Source: Monocercomonoides exilis PA203 (Eukaryota; Protista; Preaxostyla). Taken from it: DNA of 64,000 nt. The notes under the pieces were generated by a model. It did no database searches and was not told the origin of the DNA. It was given only the letters and a program-made list of their open reading frames with translations. The translations under genes and the position numbers were made by a program. This document shows, one piece after another, positions 52,601 through 64,000 of this stretch. The stretch is taken from NCBI GenBank assembly GCA_001643675.2, contig LSRY02000032.1, positions 1 through 64,000 of the forward strand, read 5' to 3'. Each line of letters opens with the position of its first letter. The stretch's first letter is position 1.

Positions 52601-55600
52601 ACACAAATATCGTCTCGCTCTGATATTTCACAACCCTCAACAAAAGATCTTCTTCATCCAGAAATGTGTCTGCTGTGCAACCCCATATTGCGAGCTCCTT
52701 CACAAATGGCGCTCTGAAATCCAGTAAGAATTGTTCATCTGTTATTTGTGTTTCGATTGAGCGACACCTCACATACACATCTCTCCCTCTGAACGCAGAG
52801 TTGTCTTTGAATGTGATATTGGAGAGAACAAAATTCAGTGGTTGTTCAACTGTTGAAGTGCATCCCAGAAACAGCCAGCCACCTCTTCCTGTGGTGGAGC
52901 AGAAGCACTCAGAAATTGTCGAAAATGAGCACTCAAAGCTTCCTCCTTCATTCAACGCATGAAACATCGCACCTCCCTTTTCACACTTCAACCCTCCACA
53001 TCTTTTCATCATCGTGTTTCGAATCACCATATTCAAAGGAGTGTCATCATTGGTATTTCGAATGATGGGAATATCATTGGTTGTGTTCTGGGTGACTTCT
53101 TCGAATAAACTCCACTCAATAACAATATCTTGTTCCTCTTCATTTTTTTCTCTCCCTGAACTCTTTGATATGCTCAATCCACTCGCCCTATCAAGTTGAA
53201 CGTCCTTCATTGTCAGATTTTTGATATTCAGAATTGTTGATGATAGCACAGAAATAACATCTTTTTCAAAGCGCAATGATTGGATAGATACAAAATTCAA
53301 CAAAACAGCACCTTCATCTGCTTTGATCAGCCCAAAGTTAATCATTTCTTCTCTATTGTCTCCTTTTTTAGTGAACGAACAATCTTTCACCGTCAACAGT
53401 CCTTCGCTTGATCCTATATGCATCAAATAGTTGATTCCGCTTGTGAATGAAGATGGAATCACAAACTTCATCAGCTCGAAATTGGTGATGCCACAAATCT
53501 TCATTGCTGCTCCTTCTGCTCCTTTAAGAGATGAAGCAGATTCCAAAGAGCAAGTTTCACCGTCATTCGATTTTATTGAAATTCCACTGAGCTCAACACG
53601 TTTCTGAAGGACACCTTTCCCAATGATGCTGATCATTCTTTCGTTTCCTTCAGGAAGCCGATTCAATGAATAATCAATTGACAAACAAGGATAATCCAAG
53701 AATCCACAGGCGCGCATATCCTTTCCTTCACCCCCAATAAATATCTTTGATTCAGGTATGAGCCAGAAACATACAAGCGGAATTGCATTTGTTGTGTCAC
53801 TTCCATCAAAGCCTCTCAGGGAATCCAATGAAATATCAATCAGATTCTCGGATACAAATGGAAGAGAGACATTTGTGATGCTCTTTGCCAAGTTAGGCGA
53901 TTCGACAAACAGGTCATTTCCATATTTTGCAACATTTGGATTATCCGAATCAAAAATGGGTGATGATATCACAAACGAAGGATCGCCATCAATCAGCTTC
54001 AGTGCCATCCCTCCTCCAAAGCCAGTTTTATCTTCTCCTCCTGGAGCTGTGCAACCTGTGAATGTGCAGGAAATAATATTCAATTGAGTGTTCATCTTCA
54101 TCTGCACGAAAACAGCACCTCCTCTGTTTTCGTCAGATAGCACGCAACACTCATCAAAAGTGCACTCTTCAATATTTATTGAAACGTTTTCGTTTTCATC
54201 ATTGCTGTTATCAATGCTGATGCAGCCTCCGCTTCCAGCAGCCCTATTTATTGCTGTAGCATGGCATTGGCTTGCGTTTAAATATTGAATGCTTCTGCAT
54301 TCAATCAAACATCCGTTTTGCTCACCATTTCCGGAAAAGTTGCTTTCCATAATTTCGATCGAAGGGGCTCCTCCGCTTCTTCCATCAACAACAATTGCAC
54401 TTGTCTGCCATCTGATTGCATTCCCAACCAGATTACTTATCACCACTTCGCCTCCTTCAATCTTCACAAAGGAGACATCAAGTTGATTTTCAGATGCCAT
54501 AATCCCACAATTCTGAATTGACAATTTGTTGGAAACACAATGGAGAACACACTCATAAGATGCAATTCTTTCAACAAGAGAAAATACCACTTCACTAAAT
54601 GTGGTTTGGATATGCATCTCGAATATTCCGATTTGAACTCCTGAAAAAACAAATGAAATTCCATTGCTTGAGGCATTTCCATCTCCAGTCACAATCCATT
54701 CTTTTGAGTCCATCCTCAGTTCTTCTCCAAACGAAAACGGCGAATCCAGTTTTATCGATTTTTTTTCACCAGAAAATCTCAATCCCACTGCTTTTGTGAT
54801 TGTGTTGCATGGAACCTGCACATGCCCACACCCGCTGAAATCATGTGCATTCTGACCACCAATATGGCATGGTGCTGTGAAGTTATTCCACAGATAAACC
54901 ACAAGCGGAATTTCATATCCTTCATTTGTTGTTGATCTCTCAAATCCATTCAACTTATCCAACTCGTTCATATCGGCATCGAAGCAAAATATTGCTGTGC
55001 TTGTCACAATGCTCAAATCATCTGCATCCAAAAACACATCTTTCCCTTTCTTTCCTTTGCATCCATCAAATTGCACGCTCCTCAAAACAAAATCAGATGC
55101 TTCCTCATCCAAATATATATATATCCCTCCTCCCAATCCTTTGCTGCCTTCAATATTTGTGGATGCTTCGCAACTCGAAAAGCACATCTTTTTCACTTGT
55201 TCATTTTAATTTTTGTTGCTTGAAAGGGATTCTGTCACATTGCCAATACTGAAAGATGATCCGCTTTTCATCTGCACCCACAGCCCTCCTCCATTCCCCC
55301 CTTCACTTTTACAAGAACTAAGATTTCCTTCTTCAAACATCAAAGAGCAGCTGCTTTCAAGTGTGCATTCTATTGCTCCCCCGTTTTGACCTTTCACTGC
55401 AAAGTTTGAAATGTTAGATCGTATTATTTCAATTGTCTTTGCATCTGTTGTGGAGATAAGACGTGAGGATGCGATTCCTTCAGATGAAACGATCGAAGAA
55501 ACATCACTGTCACTCATATGAAGAGAAGCGTTGCTCTTCACTTCTATTAATCCTGATGCATAATTTGTGACAATTTCATTCAGTTGAACGCTTTTCAAGT

Positions 55601-58600
55601 TGGCTTCTGTGCTGCTTCCAGATAACGAGATCAATGGACATCCATTCAAAACGATTGATGAAGCCGAGAATGAATCAATAGCCAAGGAACCAGAATTAGC
55701 AGACAAGAACAGACATTCCAATTTTGATGATGGATTTTGAAGAGAAAGAGAACATTGAGACAAAGTTAATTGAGAAGAAGAAGAAATGAAAGTGGAATGA
55801 AGAGGAAGGGAAGATGGGAGAGAGAAGATGAGCTTTGATAATTCAGTTTCAATGCTTGCTGTTAACAACGCTGAATTGGATGTTGTGCTTGCGTCAGAAA
55901 CTGTCCAACCACTTTGATCATCATTTCCTCGAATAACATGCTTCTGGCTGGATAAAACAAATTCATCACAAACAGGAATTGTCCCCTTCACAACAACTTT
56001 CTTTTCTTCTGTTTGACGTGTGAATGAGTGCTTCAAAGTCAAACAAGGGAATTGAGCAATTCCGCAATGTGAATGATCATATGACTCAGAGTTACTCACA
56101 TATATTTCTGCTGGAATGGGAAGAAGATAAATGCACAGAGGAATAGCCATAGTTGTATTTCCGTTGTTGAAACCTTGCACTCTGTCAGCAGAATCTGTTG
56201 ATGCTGTTACGCATGTGATATTTTGTGATTTTGCGATAACTTCCAGATTTGGTGAAAGGACAAAGATATCTCTTCCCCACTTGGCTGTGTTTGTGCCAAA
56301 GGAGGAAGAAATCAGGAAATTTGGATTTTCATTCAGCAATTGAAGAAGGATTCCTCCACCAAGGCCATTGGAAGAAGAACAAAAGCAACCATCAAAAATC
56401 CGCCATTCACTTTCACTTCATTCGCCTCTCCCACGCACAGCATCATCGAGCCTCCATCAGTCGATGTTGTGCTTCCACATCCAAAAAATGAACAAGAATT
56501 CAGCTCAATGTTTGCCTTATCGTTGGAAAACGAAATCACGGCTGCTCCGCTGGTTGTTCTTTCTATTCCGTCAAAATTACATTCTGAAAGTGTCAATGAA
56601 ATTTCATTTGTTGAAGAAAGCGAAAACAATGAAATGGTGGAGATAGTCTTTGCCAAATTCACATTTTCCATTTGTAATGTTCCATTCTGAATATTTATCT
56701 GCTCTGTAGAAAATGCTGTTTGAGCTGAGTGTCCGCTTCCAGCAGATATATTTAATCTACTAATATGTATTTCTCCTGTTCCAGTAATCTCAAACAGCCT
56801 TGAACCACGATTATTCAGATGAGCCGAGTCATGCACAAGAACAAAGTCTCTGGCAGTCAACGTTCCTGTTGAGACTGAAAAAAGAGACAAACCAGATGCC
56901 TCTAATTCAATTTGGATTGCTGTGCTCATATCACTTTGGCCATTAACAGTAAAACCGTCGGGTCCACAATCAAAAGTATTTGTTTCGATAATGATTCCTG
57001 AAAAAACTTTGATTTCAGTCACATATCCGGGAATAAGTTGAGTCAAACAGTGGCTGATTGTTCTGCATGGATGGCTTTCATCCAGCCCACATGCAAATGT
57101 ATCTTTGGAGTTTGATTGCGTTTTTGATGAAGAAACAAATCTCACTGTTCCAAAATCATTGTGAAGCCAATCGCTGCGATCAACAATTAAGTCAAATTTT
57201 ATGCTAACTCTGTCTGTAGTTTGTCTTGTTGAATAGCAGCTTTGATCAATATTGTTTGCTGTTGAATCATATAGAACAATGTCATGACCTCCTTTTACAC
57301 ATGAATTGTTGTGAAAAAAGCAGAAATAAAACAATGTTCAATTATTGTTGCTTTTAATTAATACGCCAACAGCTCCTCCTCCGCACATGGAAAAATAACT
57401 GCAGAACAAGCAATTTGAAAGTATTACCTTATCTTTACAGTCCCAATGTGTAATTGCTCCCCTGGCACCATCAGAAGAACTATTGCATCTACAGTCTTCA
57501 AAAAACGAATTAATAACACAGTGTTTTTGCCTTTGAGTTTTTGTTTGACGGATGTCCGTTGCTCCTCCGTCATCACCAGAAGAACAATTTTGAAAAAAAA
57601 ACAATCATCAACAATTGGTTGAACATTGCACATTCTCTGCCATAATTCCTCCTCCACCCCAATTTGATGCTGCTGATGCTGTAGTGCATTGAACAAATGT
57701 TGAATGATGAACAATGCATTCAGCAATTTTGAAAGCACAAATTCCACCGCCTCTCGTTGAAGAAGCATTGCATCTTGTGAATGATGAATTTTCAACGGGC
57801 AGAATTGCATTTGCATTGTCATGAACAAAAAGAGCACCTCCTTGTGGGGATGTGCAGTCAACCCATTCACATAATGAAAATGATTGGCTTTCTGTTGTGT
57901 CCATTTGTTCTCCTGGCTGAAAAACATTTCTTTCCCTTTTCCCATTGTTTATTGATGTATTTTTGCAGACAAATTCGTGTGAAGAATAAGATCCACCGGA
58001 GATCACTCCTTCAAATACATTCACACATGAACAAATTAGTGTGTTCTCCATTGAACTCAGCATGCATGAATGTTCCATTCGAAAGTTGCTGTTTATATTG
58101 GACTTTACAGACATGTTCATGAAGGCACAGTTAGAAATTTGTTCACTTTTGCTCTTTCCAGATATTAAAAAATAATCTGATGATGATACAACAAGATCAT
58201 TAATTATAGATTCTCTCAAAAAGGCAGAATTTGAATCATCAGATGAAAATATCAGACTTCTCGCACAATGGTTGATTTGAGGAATCAAACTCAAGTTTGT
58301 GAAACAGATAAACCCACTTTTCAATTGAAACAAAGATGAAAATTTTTTCTGAGAAGTGCTCTCAAAAAAACAGAGATGAGATTGCTTGCTGATTATTGCT
58401 AATGGTTTTGATGAAGAAAGAAGCATTGATGATTTGAGTTCGATTGAGCAATTCTCCATTTTGAGAACAGTATTTATTGCTGTAAACAATGATGGAAAGA
58501 GTTCTTTTTCTTTTAAAAAATGTTTTGTAGAATTTGCTATCTTATGCGAATCAAAAGATAAAAGATTGCAATTTTTATGCGTGTCAATAACGCAAAGTTG

Positions 58601-58726
58601 ATTTGCAAGTAATTGGTTTCTTGAACAAATTCTTTGTATTATAAAGGACTGTTTCCAGGGAAATTCACAAGTTTCTTTTGATATGAAAATGAGGGGGAAA
58701 TAATGAAATAATATAAGTCCGTTCAT
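49666..58726 (-). pseudogene. Second giant receptor pseudokinase paralogue (~3,020 codons), disrupted
   Basis: ORFs 57608..58726, 57338..57604, 56333..57334, 55206..56339, 50973..55196 and 49666..50982 are collinear pieces with the same architecture. In-frame TGA-TGA (57605-57610), TGA (57338-57340) and TAA (55206-55208), plus two 1-nt T-run frameshifts (~56395, ~50975). Confidence 0.85.
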
Positions 58727-58919
58727 CCAATGTTGTTGTATTTTGTTTCAAACATCCGAGATTACATTATTCATATTTTTTCAAAAGTCCATATTTAGAA
58801 TATAAAAATGAATGATATCAAATATGCATATGCAATTTTCACATATAAAAATATTGATCAAAATCATTCAAATCTTGGAGTTTTTTTATTTAGCATTCTT
58901 TCATAACTTTCATTAGATC
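58727..58919. promoter_or_regulatory. Divergent intergenic region between the receptor paralogue and the ABCC gene
   Basis: ~190-220 bp of AT-rich DNA between head-to-head starts; contains the palindrome ATATGCATAT. Confidence 0.3.
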
Positions 58920-58946
58920 ATGATAACCAATATTTTTTATGAAACA

Positions 58947-61900
58947 ATGAAGAAAAATGATCCGTTTGTTTTTTTCTAACATCTATTTTTTACACTTGTT
59001 TAAGATATGAAAATGCAAGTTTTTTTTCAAAAGTGTTATTTGGCTACACGATACCAGTAGTTAACTATTCAAACAAAAACGTATATTGTGAATTTCTATT
59101 TTTATGTGCATATTCTTGTTAACTTTATTTTGCTAACTCTATCTTTTTTTGAGGAATTTGAAGAACGTACTTATCCGTATAAGACGAATCTCAATCTTGC
59201 GGAACATAATGTCAACAGACTTTGGGAATTATGGATGAAAGAAAAAACAAAGAAAAAGTTTTCGTGCAACCATTTTTTTATAACGAATGAAAATATTTTT
59301 TGAAAAAAAATTTAATGTAGGCCTTCATTTTTCTCTGCTCTCGGAAAGTTTGTTTGGAAAAGGATGCTGTTCAATTTTTTCCTAAAAATATTGGTTGTTG
59401 GTGTGCTTCTCATTTATTAGAGTTGCAAGTTTCTTTCTTGCTTTTATGATTACTATTTATTTTTAAGTGTGCAGCTTTGGGTGCACGTTTGTGTTCAAAG
59501 CTTTCTTAGAATGGTGCTTTGATGATGAAGGTGGAGCTTTAAATGGAATATTGTGTTCGTTTTTATTATTTGGATTGTTTTGCGCGAGATCATTGTTGGA
59601 CAATCATTTTCGATTTTGGACATTTTTAACTGGGCATATTCTCAGAAGTGGAGTTGCAGGTGTAATTTTCAAGCATGGAATGCTTCTTAATTGTGATTCA
59701 CGAGTGAAATATGGAAGCGGTCAGTTAGTGAATCTTGTTGCAGTTGATGTGCAACGACTCGAGTCGACACTGGATGAGATCGATGTACTGATTAATGCGC
59801 CTTTATCACTTTTATTTGCATGTGGAACTTTGATTCATTTTTTAGATGGAAGCGCACTTATAGGGATTGTTGTTCTTATCGCGCTTTCTCCAATATCTTA
59901 CATGATTTCAAAGGGTACACTCAAATCAAAGAAGGAGTTCTATGCAGAATCTGATAAACGAGTTAAAAGAACTACAGAAGCGATCCATGGAATAAAAGTG
60001 TGGGAGAAGGAGGCATATTTTCGTTATTATGATTTCGTTTTCTAATAATAATTATAATTTTTATTTAATACGACTTGTTTTTATTAAATTGTCTTATTTT
60101 ATTTTTGTGTGCTTGAATATTGCATGTTTCAACGTATTTGCTATTCCATTTTTTATTCACGAATGTTCAAATTTTCTTTAACATTTTTTTTTTTTTGAAT
60201 TTTTGTATTTTTTATTTTTTATTTCACTTTACTTTATTTTATCTTCATTTAATTATTATCTCCATGCAAATAACAACAACATAGGTAATCAAAATGAATG
60301 GGTGGGAAGAGCCAATGAAAGACATCGTTTGCAACATTCGCGAAAAGGAGCTTGTGCTCTCACGAAAAATTGTATGTTTTTGAATCTTTTTTTCTTTTTA
60401 TTATTACTCTTTTTATTTATTTCACTTATTTCATCTCCCCTCCCCCTTCCCCATCCCCATCCCCATCCCCTCATCCTTTTTTTCTCTTCTTAATCTTTCC
60501 CAATAAAAAATTACTTTCAAAATTCATCCAAATGTAACATTTCTGTAACTTTCACTCTCTTTCTCTCTTTCTCTCTCTGTTCTCTCTTTCTCTTCCTCCG
60601 TCTCTCACCCCCTCTCTTCATCTCCTACATCTTCTCCTTCTCCATAATATTCATCCATCCATCAATCCACCCATCAATCCATTTCTTTCTTTCATTCTTT
60701 CTTCATTTCTTCCGATCCTTCCTTCCTTTCTTTCTTTCTTCCTTTCTTCCATCTATCTATCTATCTATCCAACCATCCGTCCGCCAGACGCTCCGCAACA
60801 CAATGACCAACTTCATCTCCTCCACCTCGCACATCCTGTCTGTCATCGTCGTCGTCGTCCTGCGCTTCGTCCAGCACCGCTCCTTCACACCCGCCCAGAT
60901 CTTTCCTGCCTTGTCTGTCCTGAACGACCTCCGGCGCCCCATTCAGCAGCTGCCTTATCTCTTCTCCTCGGTGATGGAGGCGCGCGCTGTGATCGACAGA
61001 ATGAATGCATTCCTGTTGTCGAAGGAGCTGGATCCGAAGACACTGGAGAGCGGAGAAGGAGGAGGAGAAGGAGGAGGGAAAGGGAAAGGGAAAAAGAATA
61101 GAAGAAGAAGAAATAGCAATGATAATTATGATGATGATGACGATGGTTATCATTTCAATGAGGACAACTTCAGAAGCAATAATTCCAGCAAAACAGGCAG
61201 AAAAGCACATGGCGAAGGGAAGAGTATTGTGCTGAGGCCGGAAAGTGAGTGGGACGAGCTGAAAGTGTGGAAGAAGAAGCGGAGAGCCACTAGAAGGAAG
61301 GAGTGGCTGATGAAAGAGTGCGGAATAGAAATTGAGCCAGCGTCTGGTCACAAACAGAGTGAAAGAGATGGGAATGCTCAGATGAAAGAAGAGAAGGGAA
61401 GAAAAGGGGTGAAAGAAAGATCTATTTTGATACAAGAAAATGCAGAGAAAAGGAAAAGAGAAGAGAATGAAGATGAAGAAAGTCAAAAATTGTTTGCTTT
61501 TGAGTTGGAGAAGGAGAAGAAAGAGGAAGCAGAAGAGGAAGCAGAATGGATAAGATCGAATGCTTTTGATACAAGTCTTGTCGATCAGGACTTTTTCGAA
61601 GATTCCACCGATGGAAACGACAAACATGAAGGAGAAAGAGGAGAAAAAGGGAATAACTCACAAATGAATGAATCGAAAGAAGTTGTGGTTGTGCTGGAAA
61701 ATGCGTCGTTTGCGTGGAGCGAGTTTGAGGAAATTGAAATGTCTGGAGACGAAATTGGCAGGTTTCAAAGGCGCGCTGGTTCGTCTGATTCTTCTTCTTC
61801 GTCATCATCATCTTCTTCTTCTTCTTCCTCTCCCTCTTCCTCTTCCTCTTCCTCTTCCTCTTCTTCAGACAAGCCTAAAACCAAAGAACAGGGAAAAACC

Positions 61901-64000
61901 AGACATTTCACCTCAAAAACTGACAAATCATCATCAACAACATCATCATCAATAACAACAACAGAAGAAATAAAAGAAGCAGAAGATCGCCTTGACAAGC
62001 GCAATGTTCTGAGGGGCATCAACCTGAAAGTGCATTCGGGTGAGCACGTTGTGGTGATCGGGGCTGTGGGATGCGGCAAATCGTCTTTGTTGAATGCGCT
62101 TTTGGGAGAAATGATGTGCACAGGAGGAAGAGGGTACATGCGAGGTGATGTTGCTTACGTTCCTCAGGTTTGGAAAATGGATGTTTTGAATTTGATATTT
62201 TATTTTTTTTTTTTTCAATTTTTATTTTATTTTATAACATTTTATTGATGGATAATTATCTTTTTGATTGGGAATAAAACAATTAAATGTATCAACAAAA
62301 TCTTAATCTGAATTCAATATTCCCCTTTCATCATCATCATCTTCTTCTTCTTCATCATCATCATCATCATCATCCCCACCCCACATTTTTTCCAGCTCCC
62401 CTGGATTCTCAACGCCACCGTCAAAGAGAACATCCTATTCGGCAGCGAATACGACCCAGCCCGCTATTCTGAGTGTCTTCGCGTCTCTTGTCTCGATACA
62501 GACTTGGAGTCTCTTCCAGGCGGCGATCAAACCGAAGTCGGAGAGCGGGGCATCACCCTCTCTGGCGGGCAGCGTGTGCGTGTGGCGCTGGCGAGGGCGT
62601 GCTATTCTGCTGCGCCTGTTGTGCTGCTGGACGACCCGCTGGCTTCGGTTGATGCGCATGTCGGACAGAAGATTGTGGATGAGTGTGTGTCCGCATTTCT
62701 AAAGGAAAGAACAGTGATTATGACAACACACCACACGAAGTACATAGGGAAGTTCAACAGAGTGGTGGAGATGGATGCGAAGGGGCAGATTGCTATGGAA
62801 GGGGAGCCGGCTTTGTTTGCTGATCGAGTGAAGGAGAAAGGAATGAATGAAGAGTTGGACAGTCAGGGAAGCGAAGACTGCACGTCAGCAAGTGTCACAA
62901 ATAATAATAATAACGGCATTAACAACAGTATTAACAATAACAATAGCAGTAACTTCACATTCAGCTTGAACAATAGCATCAGCAGCAGTGGTGGCAGTAA
63001 TAACAGTAATATCAACCGCAACATTAATAGCAACCTCTTTGAATCTCCAAAGATGCAGAAGATCAGCCGCTCTGAGCGTCTGATTGGTCCATCGCCTCTA
63101 TCTGCTCTAAGCAGCAGGCACCAGAACAAGCCTGTGCCATACAGGGACTCCGACGCACGCGCCATCACCACAGACGATGTGAGGCCTTCGATCACGCCTT
63201 CTGCACAGCTCACGTCTCCTCCGCCGATCTTGTCGTCGCCTGCACTCATTCAGCAGCTGTATCCGCATATTGGCGAGAATTCTTCTGGTTCTTCGGATTC
63301 TTCTTCTTCTTCTTCTGCTTCTGCTTCTGATTTGGATTCTTCATCTTCGACTCTGTTATCATCGTATTCTCCTCCTCTTCCTTCTTCTCCTTCTTCTTCT
63401 ATTTCTTCGGTTCAGTCATATTCCTCTCAATCTAACGAGTTGTTTTCTCTTCTTTCATCTCCTTCTGACTCACATTCTGATGCTGCCCCGCATATCGCTC
63501 ATCCAAAGGCTGTTGTTTCATCAGCTTCTATTTCACCATTTTCAACTTCATCATCATCATCATCATCCTCTTCTTCCTCTTCTTCCTCTTCAATGCATTC
63601 CTCAGATAATTCCCAGACACATCCCAAAGATTCCGTCAAATCTGACGTGAAAGACAAAGAAGCTGGGTTGTTATCTGTTTCAGTCAGTTCCAATGCAAGC
63701 GGCCGCCTCACAAGCAAAGAAGACATCAACACGGGGCATCTTCCTTTGTCTGTCTACACTTTTTACATCAAAGCTGCATCTGTTCCTCTTGTCATCCTCG
63801 TCTTCTCTTGTTTCCTCCTCTCTGAGCTGCTTCGCACAGCCGCACAATACGCCCTTTCTATCTGGTCTTCCCAAACACCCGATGAATCCCTGAGTCAAAC
63901 GTTCCATTCATCCGAAAGCGGAGGATCGCCTTCCAATGCTCTCTTCATCGTGTTTGTGCTGTTAAACTCTCTTTCAATTGCGATGCTGATACCGCGTGCC
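58947..64000 (+). CDS. ABCC/MRP-family ABC transporter, multi-exon, continuing beyond the window (TMD1, NBD1, start of TMD2)
   Basis: Spliced N-terminus PYENASFFSKVLFGY; GQLVNLVAVDVQR; DKRVKRTTEAIHGIK|VIKMNGWE; Walker A GAVGCGKSS; YVPQ|LPWILNATVKENILFG; GERGITLSGGQRVRVALARA; LLDDPLASVDAHVG. Start is ATG 58947 or the in-frame ATG at 58920. Confidence 0.95.
60430..60787 (+). repeat. Pyrimidine-rich simple repeats ((CCCCAT)n, (CT)n, (CCAT)n, (CTAT)n) inside an ABCC intron (60372-60787)
   Basis: Directly visible; bounded by GTATGT and CCGCCAG, which join the exons in frame. Confidence 0.8.

Noticed and set aside
55206-55208. In-frame TAA/TGA as evidence of a non-standard genetic code or selenocysteine
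   Set aside because: TAA terminates the conserved acetyl-CoA synthetase, PfkB and NAP genes at the expected C-termini, and TGA ends both receptor genes. The in-frame stops co-occur with frameshifts in a single gene, and no SECIS was recognised.

Overview
Eukaryotic genomic DNA with AT-rich intergenic regions, short GT-AG introns and standard-code stops. It most resembles an oxymonad (Monocercomonoides-like) genome; this is my recognition of the protein families, not a database result. The first 27.9 kb is one giant palindrome (arms 1-13832 and 13945-27862, 112-bp spacer). It duplicates a ~4,130-codon type-I membrane receptor gene (signal peptide, Cys/Gly-rich beta-helix-like ectodomain, one TM helix, degenerate kinase-like tail), and the left copy carries many 1-nt deletions. 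A disrupted paralogue at 49666-58726 has a near-identical tail but a very divergent ectodomain. Other genes: an ASH/Ig-like domain protein, a NAP/SET-family histone chaperone, a PfkB kinase, ADP-forming acetyl-CoA synthetase, a YIPF1/2-type Yip1 protein, a hypothetical protein, a truncated RNF5-like RING exon, and the 5' part of an ABCC/MRP transporter. Two identical 245-bp inverted repeats (29316-29560 and 41876-42120) bracket a 12.3-kb four-gene block. The 37.4-43.2 kb AT-rich interval holds several MITE-like inverted-repeat elements. No rRNA, tRNA or CRISPR array was recognised.
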